From the NCBI GenBank assembly GCA_934746715.1, contig CAKVFI010000002.1, forward strand, positions 142,425 to 206,424: 64,000 bases of DNA, written 5' to 3'. Both the position numbers and the translations under genes were made by a program. The notes under the pieces are model-generated. The model worked only from the letters and a program-made list of their open reading frames with translations. It had not been told where the DNA came from and did not search any database. Below, piece by piece: positions 55,897-64,000 of this stretch. This stretch comes from an uncultured Clostridia bacterium (lineage in GTDB: Bacteria; Bacillota; Clostridia; Christensenellales; UBA1242). Numbering within the stretch: position 1 is the stretch's first letter; every line of letters starts with the position of its first letter.

Positions 55897-56514
55897 ATGG
55901 AACTTAAAGTTTATAATATGAAAAAGGAAGAAGTTGGCAAACTTGAACTCAATGATATGGTGTTTGGTGCTGACTACAATCAACCTTTGATTCATCAAGT
56001 TATTGTTGCATTGCACAACAACGCTCGTCAAGGCACAAAATCAACTTTGACTCGTAGCGAAATCAATGCAAGCAAAAAGAAAATCTATCGTCAAAAAGGC
56101 ACAGGTAATGCTCGTCATGACGAAAAGAGTGCTCCACAATTTACTGGCGGTGGCGTAGTATTTGCTCCAAAGCCAAGAGACTTTAGTCAAAAAATCAACA
56201 AAAAAATGCGCGATATTGCTTTTGCTAGCGCAATAAGTGAAAAAATCCGTCAAAACGAAGTTGTTGTTCTTGATAGCGTTGACTTTGCTAACAAAACAAA
56301 AACTGCAAACGAATTTTTGAAAACATTTGGTCTTAACAAACGTACAATTATTGTTACTGCTGGCAAAGACCAAGGCGTTGTTAGAGCAACCAACAATCTT
56401 GAAAAAGTTAGTTGTGTTGACGCTGACTTGTTGAATGTGGCTGAAATTGTGGAAAACACATTTGTAGTATTCACTGCTGACGCAATGAAAAAGTTAGAGG
56501 AGGCTTACGTTTAA
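55897..56514 (+). CDS. rplD: 50S ribosomal protein L4
   Basis: ARQGTKSTLTRSEINASKKKIYRQKGTGNARH; operon position. Confidence 0.93.
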   Translation: MELKVYNMKKEEVGKLELNDMVFGADYNQPLIHQVIVALHNNARQGTKSTLTRSEINASKKKIYRQKGTGNARHDEKSAPQFTGGGVVFAPKPRDFSQKINKKMRDIAFASAISEKIRQNEVVVLDSVDFANKTKTANEFLKTFGLNKRTIIVTAGKDQGVVRATNNLEKVSCVDADLLNVAEIVENTFVVFTADAMKKLEEAYV

Positions 56515-56515
56515 T

Positions 56516-56818
56516 ATGAAAGCACAACAAATTATTTTAGAACCTATTATGACAGAAAAGTCATATGCAGGCATTCCAAATAAGGTTTATACCTTCAAAG
56601 TAGCAAAATCTGCTAACAAAATTGAAATCAAAAAAGCAGTTGAAGAATTGTTTGAAGTGCAAGTTGCACGTGTTAACACAATCAATTGCACAGGCAAACT
56701 TAAAACAAGAAACACAAAAAGTGGTCAAGTAACTGGTAGAACAAGCGATTACAAAAAGGCTATCGTCTTCTTGAAAGCTGACAGCAAACCTATCGCGTTC
56801 TTCGAAAGCTTGAACTAA
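56516..56818 (+). CDS. rplW: 50S ribosomal protein L23
   Basis: [12 protein letters not shown]...[31 protein letters not shown]. Confidence 0.93.
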   Translation: MKAQQIILEPIMTEKSYAGIPNKVYTFKVAKSANKIEIKKAVEELFEVQVARVNTINCTGKLKTRNTKSGQVTGRTSDYKKAIVFLKADSKPIAFFESLN

Positions 56819-56829
56819 AAGGAGATAGT

Positions 56830-57666
56830 ATGGCAATAAGAACTAAAAAACCTACATCTGCAGGTAGCCGTTTCGTTAGTTACAAGACTTATGAAGAATT
56901 GACTAAAGATGCAGTTGCGCCAAAATCACTTTTAACAACTGTTAAAAAGTCTGGTGGTCGTAACGCTCAAGGTAAAATCACAGTTAGAAACATCGGTGGC
57001 GAAAACAGACGTAAATATCGTGTAATCGATTTTAAAAGAAAAAAAGATGGTGTCGTAGCGCGTGTTGAAAGCATTCAATATGACCCAAATCGTACAGCAT
57101 ATATTGCATTGCTCACATATGCTGATGGCGAAAAAAGATTTATCATTGCTCCTCGCGGTTTGAGTGTTGGTGATAAAGTTATGAGCGGAACTGGTGCTGA
57201 AATTAAACCAGGTAACTGCTTGGAACTTAAAGACATTCCACTTGGTGCAAAAATCCACAACATTGAACTTCAACCTGGCCGTGGTGGTCAAATGGTTCGT
57301 TCAGCTGGTGGTTCTGCTCAACTTATGGCTAAAGAAGGTGCTTATGCAACACTTCGTTTGCCAAGTGGCGAAATGAGAAAAGTATTGGCAGTTTGCCGTG
57401 CAACAATCGGTGAAATTGGCAATGAAGAAAATGAAATTGTATCTTTGGGTAAAGCTGGCCGTAAACGTCACATGGGTATTCGCCCATCTGTTCGTGGTAG
57501 CGCAATGAACCCAGTTGATCACCCACATGGCGGTGGTGAAGGTAAATCACCAGTTGGTCATGCTGGTCCTATGACTCCTTGGGGTAAACCTGCTCTTGGA
57601 TACAAGACAAGAAAACACAACAAAGCATCTGACAAACTTATGGTTAAGAGATGCAATGCTAAGTAG
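56830..57666 (+). CDS. rplB: 50S ribosomal protein L2
   Basis: [28 protein letters not shown]...[19 protein letters not shown]. Confidence 0.95.
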   Translation: MAIRTKKPTSAGSRFVSYKTYEELTKDAVAPKSLLTTVKKSGGRNAQGKITVRNIGGENRRKYRVIDFKRKKDGVVARVESIQYDPNRTAYIALLTYADGEKRFIIAPRGLSVGDKVMSGTGAEIKPGNCLELKDIPLGAKIHNIELQPGRGGQMVRSAGGSAQLMAKEGAYATLRLPSGEMRKVLAVCRATIGEIGNEENEIVSLGKAGRKRHMGIRPSVRGSAMNPVDHPHGGGEGKSPVGHAGPMTPWGKPALGYKTRKHNKASDKLMVKRCNAK

Positions 57667-57675
57667 GAGTGAAAT

Positions 57676-57957
57676 ATGAGTAGAAGTTTAAAGAAAAAAC
57701 CTTATGTTGAACAAAAACTTATGGCGCGTGTCACTGAAATGAACGCTAAAGGCGAAAAAAAGGCAATTAAAACTTGGTCAAGATCAAGCACAATCTATCC
57801 TGAATTCGTTGGTCATACAATTGCTGTTCACAATGGTAAAAAACATATTCCAGTGTACTGTACAGTCGATATGGTTGGTCACAAATTAGGTGAATTTGCT
57901 CCAACCCGTACATTTAAAGGTCACAAACAAAAAGAAGCAGCAGCTTCAACCAAATAG
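57676..57957 (+). CDS. rpsS: 30S ribosomal protein S19
   Basis: [11 protein letters not shown]...[31 protein letters not shown]. Confidence 0.95.
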   Translation: MSRSLKKKPYVEQKLMARVTEMNAKGEKKAIKTWSRSSTIYPEFVGHTIAVHNGKKHIPVYCTVDMVGHKLGEFAPTRTFKGHKQKEAAASTK

Positions 57958-57966
57958 GAGTAATCT

Positions 57967-58365
57967 ATGGCAAAGAGAATTAGAGAAAAATCTGAACAAA
58001 TCAAAGCAAATAAAGAAACTCGTCCTTATGCTAGCGTACGTTTTGTACGTTTGGCTCCTACAAAGGCAAAAATTGTTATTGACCAAGTTAGAGGAAAGAG
58101 TTACGATGATGCAGTTGCAATTTTAAGCAATATGCCACACGATGCAGCTGCAATCTTGTTAAAAGTTGTTAAATCTGCTGGTGCTAATGCTGAAAACAAT
58201 AAAGGACTTAATGTTCATGACTTGTATTTGGCAGAAGTTATCCTTGGACAAGGCCCAACACGCGTAAACAAAGTTTACTTCCGTGGTCGTGCTCATGGCG
58301 CTGACAGAATTGTAACTAGAACTAGCCACATCAAAGTTGTGCTAGATAGTAAAAATAAGGAGTAG
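57967..58365 (+). CDS. rplV: 50S ribosomal protein L22
   Basis: [32 protein letters not shown]...SHIKVVL. Confidence 0.93.
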   Translation: MAKRIREKSEQIKANKETRPYASVRFVRLAPTKAKIVIDQVRGKSYDDAVAILSNMPHDAAAILLKVVKSAGANAENNKGLNVHDLYLAEVILGQGPTRVNKVYFRGRAHGADRIVTRTSHIKVVLDSKNKE

Positions 58366-58369
58366 AATT

Positions 58370-59047
58370 ATGGGACAAAAAGTTAATCCTAATGGAATGA
58401 GACTTGGTATCAATAAGACTTGGAATTCTTTTTGGTACGCAGGCAAAAAAGATATCGCTGCAAACATTAAGGAAGATAATACAATCCGTAATTACATCCT
58501 TAAAGAATACAAAAATTGTGCAGTATCAAACGTTCTTATCGAAAGAACTAATGACAGTGTAACAGTTTCAATTTCAACTGCTAAACCTGGTGTGCTTATT
58601 GGCCAAAAGGGTGCAGGCGTTGAAGCTTTAAAAAAGAATGTTGAAAAACTTTCTAATGCTAAAAAAGTTAATGTTAACATTGTTGAAATCAAAAACCCTG
58701 ATTTAGATGCAAAACTTGTTGCTGAATCAATCGCTGCTCAACTTGAAAAACGTGCTCAATTTAGACGTACAATGAAGAGTGCTATGCAACGCGTTATGCG
58801 TGCTGGTGCTGTGGGTGTTAAAACTATGGTTTCTGGCCGTCTTGACGGTGCTGAAATTGCTCGTAGTGAACACTATCACGAAGGTTTGCTTCCTCTTCAC
58901 ACAATCCGTGCTAATATTGATTATGCTTGCGTTGAAGCTCACACAACATTTGGTGTGCTTGGCGTAAAAGTTTGGATTAACAAGGGCGAAATTTTGGGTA
59001 AGGTTTCTCAAAGCACTGTTCAAAACCACAAGAAAGGAGAAAACTAA
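58370..59047 (+). CDS. rpsC: 30S ribosomal protein S3
   Basis: [24 protein letters not shown]...[17 protein letters not shown]. Confidence 0.95.
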   Translation: MGQKVNPNGMRLGINKTWNSFWYAGKKDIAANIKEDNTIRNYILKEYKNCAVSNVLIERTNDSVTVSISTAKPGVLIGQKGAGVEALKKNVEKLSNAKKVNVNIVEIKNPDLDAKLVAESIAAQLEKRAQFRRTMKSAMQRVMRAGAVGVKTMVSGRLDGAEIARSEHYHEGLLPLHTIRANIDYACVEAHTTFGVLGVKVWINKGEILGKVSQSTVQNHKKGEN

Positions 59048-59048
59048 T

Positions 59049-59480
59049 ATGTTGATACCTAAAAGAGAAAAAAGAAGAAAACAATTCCGTGGCCGTTTAA
59101 CTGGCCGCGCAACTCGTGGTAATTTTGTGAGTTATGGTGACTATGGTCTTCAAGCCACAGAACCATGTTGGATTACTCCTAACCAAATCGAAGCAGCCCG
59201 TGTTGCTATCAACAGATATATGAAACGTGGTGGTCAAGTTTGGATTAAAGTATTCCCACACAAACCTATCACTAAAAAACCTGCTGACACTCGTATGGGT
59301 AGCGGTAAAGGTGCACAAGTTGGACACGTAGCAGTTGTAAAACGCGACCGTGTTATTTTGGAAGTTAGCGGACCAAGCGAAGAACAATGCTTGGAAGCAT
59401 TAAGGCTTGCTTCTCACAAACTTCCTTGCAAAACTAAAGTAGTTCGCAAGGAAAAAGGCGGTGAAAACAATGAAGAATAA
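59049..59480 (+). CDS. rplP: 50S ribosomal protein L16
   Basis: [19 protein letters not shown]...[25 protein letters not shown]. Confidence 0.95.
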   Translation: MLIPKREKRRKQFRGRLTGRATRGNFVSYGDYGLQATEPCWITPNQIEAARVAINRYMKRGGQVWIKVFPHKPITKKPADTRMGSGKGAQVGHVAVVKRDRVILEVSGPSEEQCLEALRLASHKLPCKTKVVRKEKGGENNEE

Positions 59481-59670
59481 TTACAAGAATATGTCAGTTG
59501 AAGAATTGGCTAACAAGGAAAAAGAATTAAGCAGCGCGCTTTTCAATTTGACTTTCCAAAAGAAAGTTGGTCAACTTCAAAACACAGCAAGTATCCGCGA
59601 AACAAAGCGTGAAATTGCTAGAGTTAAAACTGAATTGAACGCAAAAAAATTAGCTGGAGCAAAGGAGTAA
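59470..59670 (+). CDS. rpmC: 50S ribosomal protein L29
   Basis: [45 protein letters not shown]. The start is 59470 (ATG) or 59461 (GTG); it overlaps the rplP end. Confidence 0.9.
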   Translation: MKNNYKNMSVEELANKEKELSSALFNLTFQKKVGQLQNTASIRETKREIARVKTELNAKKLAGAKE

Positions 59671-59674
59671 TATT

Positions 59675-59932
59675 ATGGAAAAACAAGTAAACCACAAGAC
59701 AATTCAAGGTGTTGTTGTTTCTGATAAAATGGACAAAACTATTACTGTTTTGGTAACCAGCAAGAAAAAACACCCAATTTACAAAAAGTATATGACTTAT
59801 ACTAAAAAATATAAAGCTCACGATGAAAAGAATGATGCTCACATCGGCGACACTGTTGTGATTGAAGAAACTCGCCCACTTTCAAAGGACAAGTACTTCC
59901 GTCTTCTTACAATCGTTGAAAGAGCTAAATAG
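59675..59932 (+). CDS. rpsQ: 30S ribosomal protein S17
   Basis: [31 protein letters not shown]...[24 protein letters not shown]. Confidence 0.95.
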   Translation: MEKQVNHKTIQGVVVSDKMDKTITVLVTSKKKHPIYKKYMTYTKKYKAHDEKNDAHIGDTVVIEETRPLSKDKYFRLLTIVERAK

Positions 59933-59943
59933 GAGGCAAAATT

Positions 59944-60312
59944 ATGATACAACCATTTTCAATTTTGAACGTGGCAGACAACTCTGGTGCCAAAAAAATT
60001 ATGTGCATTCGTTGTCTTGGCGGTTCAGTTAGAAAATTTGCTAACATTGGTGATGTGATCGTTGCCTCTGTTAAAAAAGCTGATCCAGATGGCAAAGTTA
60101 AAAAAGGTGATGTTGTTATGGCAGTTATCGTTCGCACAAAACAACCTGTGCAACGTGCTGACGGCAGTGTTATCCGTTTTGATGAAAATGCTGCAGTGCT
60201 TATTGACAAACAAAAAGCAACTCGTGGTACTCGTGTATTTGGACCAATCGCAAGAGAACTTCGTGCAAAGGGATTTAGTCAAATAATTTCACTTGCACCG
60301 GAAGTATTATAG
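59944..60312 (+). CDS. rplN: 50S ribosomal protein L14
   Basis: [28 protein letters not shown]...[11 protein letters not shown]. Confidence 0.95.
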   Translation: MIQPFSILNVADNSGAKKIMCIRCLGGSVRKFANIGDVIVASVKKADPDGKVKKGDVVMAVIVRTKQPVQRADGSVIRFDENAAVLIDKQKATRGTRVFGPIARELRAKGFSQIISLAPEVL

Positions 60313-60322
60313 GAGAAAGAAT

Positions 60323-60682
60323 ATGAAGTTAAGTGTTAAAAAAGGCGATAACGTTTTAGTGATTGCTGGCAAAGACGCTGGCAAAACTGGTGAAGTGCTT
60401 GAAGTTAACCGCGACGATAACAAAGTTGTTGTTGCTAACGTTAATATTCAATCTCACCACAAAAAACCAAGAAGCAAAGATGACAAGGGCGGCATAATCA
60501 AGGCTGAAGGCGCTATTGATGCTTCTAATGTACAAGTTGTTTGCCCAGCGTGCAAAAAAGCAACTCGTGTTGCTCACAACGATGTCGATGGCAAGCATGT
60601 TCGCGTTTGCAAAAAATGCGGTGCTAGTTTGGAAGTGGCAAAAAAAGCTACAAAAACAACAAAAACTAGCAAAAAAGCGTAA
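60323..60682 (+). CDS. rplX: 50S ribosomal protein L24 (KOW domain plus Cys4 zinc-ribbon-like C-terminal part)
   Basis: Start MKLSVKKGDNVLVIAGKDAGKTGEVLEV behind AGGAGAAAG. CPACKK...CKKCG pairs lie in the C-terminal third. Confidence 0.92.
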   Translation: MKLSVKKGDNVLVIAGKDAGKTGEVLEVNRDDNKVVVANVNIQSHHKKPRSKDDKGGIIKAEGAIDASNVQVVCPACKKATRVAHNDVDGKHVRVCKKCGASLEVAKKATKTTKTSKKA

Positions 60683-60695
60683 AGGAGTATGACAT

Positions 60696-61253
60696 ATGGA
60701 AAAAGAAATTAATAGACGTCATGCATACTACAACGAAGTTGTTAAACCAGCAATGAAAGAAAAATTTGGTTACAAAAATGTAATGCAAATTCCTCGCATT
60801 GAAAAAATTGTTTTATCACTTCGTCTTGGTAAAGAAAAAGACAACGCAAAAAGTTTCAACACAGCTGTTGACGAATTGAGCTTGATTGCTGGTCAAAAAG
60901 CAGTTGTTACTTATGCAAAAAAATCAGTTGCAAATTTCAAACTTCGTCAAGGTCAAAAAATTGGCGCAAAAGTTACACTTCGTGGTGAAAAAATGTACGA
61001 ATTCTTCGACAGATTGATTTCAGTTGCATTGCCACGTGTGCGTGACTTCCAAGGTTTGAGCACAACATCATTCGATGGTCGCGGTAACTACAGCTTTGGT
61101 GTTAAAGAACAAATCATCTTCCCAGAAATTATTTATGATAAGATTGATGCTGTTCGTGGTTTCGATATTATGTTTGTTACAACAGCAAACACAAACGAAG
61201 AAGCTAAAGAATTGTTAACTTTAATGGGCGTACCATTTAGAAAAAAGAAGTAG
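60696..61253 (+). CDS. rplE: 50S ribosomal protein L5
   Basis: [18 protein letters not shown]...[20 protein letters not shown]. Confidence 0.95.
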   Translation: MEKEINRRHAYYNEVVKPAMKEKFGYKNVMQIPRIEKIVLSLRLGKEKDNAKSFNTAVDELSLIAGQKAVVTYAKKSVANFKLRQGQKIGAKVTLRGEKMYEFFDRLISVALPRVRDFQGLSTTSFDGRGNYSFGVKEQIIFPEIIYDKIDAVRGFDIMFVTTANTNEEAKELLTLMGVPFRKKK

Positions 61254-61262
61254 GAGTGGATT

Positions 61263-61448
61263 ATGGCAAGAAAAGCAATGATAAATAAACAACAAAAACC
61301 TCAAAAGTTTACAACTCGTGAATACACACGTTGTTCTCTTTGTGGCCGTCCACACGCTGTGCTTAAAAAGTATGGTATTTGCAGAATTTGTTTTAGAAAT
61401 TTAGCAAGCAAAGGTGAAATCCCTGGCGTTAAGAAAGCTAGTTGGTAA
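61263..61448 (+). CDS. rpsN: 30S ribosomal protein S14, type Z (61 aa, zinc-binding)
   Basis: [45 protein letters not shown]. Confidence 0.95.
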   Translation: MARKAMINKQQKPQKFTTREYTRCSLCGRPHAVLKKYGICRICFRNLASKGEIPGVKKASW

Positions 61449-61459
61449 AAGGAGAAATT

Positions 61460-61858
61460 ATGTTAAGTATAGACCCAATCGCAGATATGCTTACCCGTGT
61501 TCGTAATGCGAATATGGCTAGGCACGAAAGTGTGCTTGTTCCTCAATCAAAAACCAAACTTGCAATCGCTGAAATCTTGAAAAATGAAGGTTTCATTGTT
61601 GATTACAAAACAACAGCTGAAAATGGCGTTAATATGATTGAAATCACACTTAAATATGGTCCTAATGGCGAAAAAGTTATTCAAGGGCTTAAAAGAATTA
61701 GCAAACCTGGTTTGAGAATTTATGCTAACGCTGAACAATTACCACAAGTTCTTAATGGTTTAGGAATCGCAATTGTTTCAACAAGCAAAGGCATCGTTAC
61801 AGATAAGGTTGCTAGAAAAATGAACGTAGGCGGCGAAGTGCTCGCTTATGTATGGTAG
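61460..61858 (+). CDS. rpsH: 30S ribosomal protein S8
   Basis: Start [20 protein letters not shown] behind AAAGGAG (ORF track begins at upstream TTG 61442). Confidence 0.95.
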   Translation: MLSIDPIADMLTRVRNANMARHESVLVPQSKTKLAIAEILKNEGFIVDYKTTAENGVNMIEITLKYGPNGEKVIQGLKRISKPGLRIYANAEQLPQVLNGLGIAIVSTSKGIVTDKVARKMNVGGEVLAYVW

Positions 61859-61866
61859 GAGGGTAT

Positions 61867-62412
61867 ATGTCAAGAATTGGTAAATTACCTATCGCTATCC
61901 CAGCAGGTGTTACTGTTGAAGTTAATGGTCATGTTGTAACAGTTAAAGGAGCAAAAGACACTTTAACTCAAGAATTTTCAAAAAATATTGCAGTTGAAGT
62001 TAAAGATGGTCACGTTTATGTTACTCGCCTTGACGAAACAACAGATAGCAATGCAAAACAAGGTTTGTATCGTCAACTTATCCACAATATGGTTGTGGGC
62101 GTTAAAGAAGGTTACAAAAAATCTTTAACAGTTAATGGTGTTGGTTACAAACTTTCAAAACAAGGCAAAAAATTGGTTATGGGTTTGGGCTTGTCTCACC
62201 CAGTTGAAGTTGAAGAACAAGCAGGTATCACCTTTGAAGTTCCAGACAACAACACAATCCTTGTTTGTGGTGCTAACAAAGAATTAGTTGGCGAAATCGC
62301 AGCAAAAATTCGTGCACTTCGCCCAATGGAACCATACCATGGTTATGGCATTCATTACACAAATGAACCAGTCATCTTAAAACCAGGTAAGGCTGCAGGT
62401 AAGAAAAAGTAG
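61867..62412 (+). CDS. rplF: 50S ribosomal protein L6
   Basis: Start MSRIGKLPIAIPAGVTVEVNG behind AGGAGGG. Confidence 0.95.
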   Translation: MSRIGKLPIAIPAGVTVEVNGHVVTVKGAKDTLTQEFSKNIAVEVKDGHVYVTRLDETTDSNAKQGLYRQLIHNMVVGVKEGYKKSLTVNGVGYKLSKQGKKLVMGLGLSHPVEVEEQAGITFEVPDNNTILVCGANKELVGEIAAKIRALRPMEPYHGYGIHYTNEPVILKPGKAAGKKK

Positions 62413-62422
62413 GAGGTAAGTT

Positions 62423-62791
62423 ATGATTAATAAAGAAAATAAAAATGCAAAACGTGTTAAACGCCATATCAGATTACGTCATAATTTATCTGGTACAAGC
62501 GCTTGCCCACGTCTTTGTGTGTATCGTAGTTTAAGCAACATTTACGCTCAAATCATTGATGACTCTAAGGGCGTTACTCTTGTTGCTTGCAACACAACTC
62601 AAAAAGATATTAAAGAAAAAGTTAAAGATATGACAAACAAAGAAGCAGCTAAATTTGTTGGCGAACAAATCGCTAAACTTGCAAAAAAAGCAAAAATCAA
62701 AACTGTTGTATTTGACCGTGGTGGATATCTTTACACAGGAAGAGTTAAAGAACTTGCTGATGGCGCTCGCGCTGGCGGCTTGGAATTTTAA
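62423..62791 (+). CDS. rplR: 50S ribosomal protein L18
   Basis: RHIRLRHNLSGTSACPRLCVYRSLSNIYAQIIDD...VVFDRGGYLYTGRVKELADGARAGGLEF. Confidence 0.95.
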   Translation: MINKENKNAKRVKRHIRLRHNLSGTSACPRLCVYRSLSNIYAQIIDDSKGVTLVACNTTQKDIKEKVKDMTNKEAAKFVGEQIAKLAKKAKIKTVVFDRGGYLYTGRVKELADGARAGGLEF

Positions 62792-62800
62792 GGAGAGATT

Positions 62801-63328
62801 ATGGCACAACAACAAAAACGTGAATTTAGAAAACCAAGAGAAAGAGAAGAAATCAAAGACGAATTTGATAAAAAAATGCTTGATGTTCGCCGTGTAACAA
62901 AAGTTGTTAAGGGTGGCCGTACAATGCGTTTTTCTGCTCTTGTTATCGTTGGTGACAAAAAGGGTAGAGTTGGCATGGGCTTGGCAAAAGCTGCCGAAGT
63001 TCCTGCTGCTATTGAAAAAGCAACAAAAGCTGCTAAAAAATCTTTAATCACTGTTCCTGTAATCAATGGTACAATCCCACACGAAATTATTGGCAAATTT
63101 GCTAAAACAAGCGTTAAAATGCTTCCTTCTAAAAAGGGTAGCGGTTTGATTGCTGGTGGTGCGGCTCGTACTGTATTTGAAATGGCAGGTTACACAGATT
63201 TAACTGCAAAAATTTATGGTTCAACTGACAAAATCAACGTTGCTAGAGCTACTTTGAATGGTCTTAAATCATTAAGAACAAAAGAACAAGTTGCTCTTCT
63301 TCGCGGTAAATCAGTTGAAGAAATTTAG
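62801..63328 (+). CDS. rpsE: 30S ribosomal protein S5
   Basis: VRRVTKVVKGGRTMRFSALVIVGDKKGRVGMGLAKAAEVPAAIEKA. Confidence 0.95.
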   Translation: MAQQQKREFRKPREREEIKDEFDKKMLDVRRVTKVVKGGRTMRFSALVIVGDKKGRVGMGLAKAAEVPAAIEKATKAAKKSLITVPVINGTIPHEIIGKFAKTSVKMLPSKKGSGLIAGGAARTVFEMAGYTDLTAKIYGSTDKINVARATLNGLKSLRTKEQVALLRGKSVEEI

Positions 63329-63336
63329 GAGGACTT

Positions 63337-63534
63337 ATGGCAAAAAAATCACAAAAAACCATTAAAGTTACTTATGTAAAAAGTGCTGTTGGTTACGAAA
63401 AAGGTCAAGCTAAAGTTATTGAAGCCCTTGGTTTCAAAAAACTTGGTCAAACCCGTGTCCTTCCTGACAATGATTGTATAAGAGGAAGCATCTTCAAAGT
63501 TAAACACTTGTTAAAAGTGGAAGAAGAAGCGTAA
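63337..63534 (+). CDS. rpmD: 50S ribosomal protein L30
   Basis: [37 protein letters not shown]; operon position. Confidence 0.92.
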   Translation: MAKKSQKTIKVTYVKSAVGYEKGQAKVIEALGFKKLGQTRVLPDNDCIRGSIFKVKHLLKVEEEA

Positions 63535-63544
63535 AGGAGAGATT

Positions 63545-63991
63545 ATGTATATACACGAATTAACATACGCCGAAGGCGCTAGAACAAGCAAAAAACGTCT
63601 TGGTCGCGGTATCGGTAGTGGTATAGGTAAAACCTCTGGTAAAGGTCATAAAGGCCAAAATGCTCGTTCTGGTGGCGGTGTTCGTCCTGGATTTGAAGGT
63701 GGTCAAAACCCTTTGTACAGAAGAGTTCCTATTAAAGGATTTAGCAATGCTAAATTCAAAAAAGTTTACTCTGTTGTTAATGTTAGCGCTTTAAATATCT
63801 TTGAAGCAAACACAACTGTTGACGCTGCAAAACTTCTTGAAAGCGGTATCCTTTCAAAAATTGAAAAGGACGGCGTTAAAATTTTAGGTAATGGTGAACT
63901 TACTGTTGCTCTTAAAGTTGTTGCTAACAAATTTACAGCACAAGCTAAAGAAAAAATTACAGCACAAGGTGGCAGTGTAGAGGAGGTATAA
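63545..63991 (+). CDS. rplO: 50S ribosomal protein L15
   Basis: [42 protein letters not shown]. Confidence 0.95.
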   Translation: MYIHELTYAEGARTSKKRLGRGIGSGIGKTSGKGHKGQNARSGGGVRPGFEGGQNPLYRRVPIKGFSNAKFKKVYSVVNVSALNIFEANTTVDAAKLLESGILSKIEKDGVKILGNGELTVALKVVANKFTAQAKEKITAQGGSVEEV

Positions 63992-64000
63992 TGTTTAAAA
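63991..64000 (+). CDS. secY: Probable start of secY (only 10 nt in window)
   Basis: ATG overlaps the rplO stop (TAATG) behind GAGGAGG and encodes MFK, as in Bacillus SecY. Synteny is L15 then SecY. Far too short to verify. Confidence 0.35.

Noticed and set aside
1-64000. Searched for CRISPR arrays, tRNA or rRNA genes, transposases, integrases, phage genes and canonical defence genes
   Set aside because: No regularly spaced direct repeats were seen. There were no tRNA-like cloverleaf candidates in the spacers, no recombinase or transposase motifs in any ORF, and no IS-like terminal inverted repeats. The only nuclease/helicase-type gene is a housekeeping-type recD2.
1-64000. Alternative genetic code or stop-codon recoding as an explanation for the giant ORFs
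   Set aside because: All conserved genes (21 ribosomal proteins, prfA, sufC and others) have normal lengths under the standard code, with TAA, TAG or TGA stops at the expected positions. The giant ORFs are open in the standard code, so no recoding is needed.

Overview
This is an AT-rich chromosomal segment that looks like a low-GC Firmicutes/Clostridia genome. The evidence is SpoIIID, SpoVG, Bacillus-type ribosomal operon order, consensus sigma-A promoters and strong AGGAG ribosome-binding sites. The standard genetic code fits every conserved gene. About 48% of the window (31,011 nt by coordinates) is taken up by three paralogous surface proteins built from GLUG-type beta-helix modules: a 5'-truncated protein of more than 2625 aa (2-7879), a 6642-aa lipoprotein (17417-37345) and a 1067-aa protein (43189-46392). 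The best candidate for an undescribed system is the operon tail behind the first giant gene (7894-13930). It encodes a SipW-type (ER/archaeal-type) signal peptidase followed by four proteins of very different size (818, 220, 416 and 304 aa). Each carries a SipW-cognate small-x-aromatic motif at the end of a hydrophobic helix and a TasA-like terminal strand. I read this as a heteromeric TasA-type fibre or matrix module with adhesin-bearing subunits and its own membrane anchor, co-transcribed with a giant adhesin. The rest of the window is housekeeping: sufC plus a sufB/D-family gene, spoIIID, ttcA, rplJ-rplL with an L10-type leader, XRE-comFC, recD2, mscL, spoVG, murC, rpmE, prmC, prfA, two hypothetical genes, and the S10-spc ribosomal operon from rpsJ to rplO, with the probable secY start at the window edge. 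Secondary observations:
- Local duplications flank rplL on both sides.
- A roughly 340-nt leader of unknown class precedes rpsJ.
- Several intergenic stretches are almost pure A/T.
- A 700-bp region has no ORF.
I saw no tRNA, rRNA, CRISPR array, transposase or integrase. All calls come from reading motifs and synteny by eye. No database search or folding program was run.
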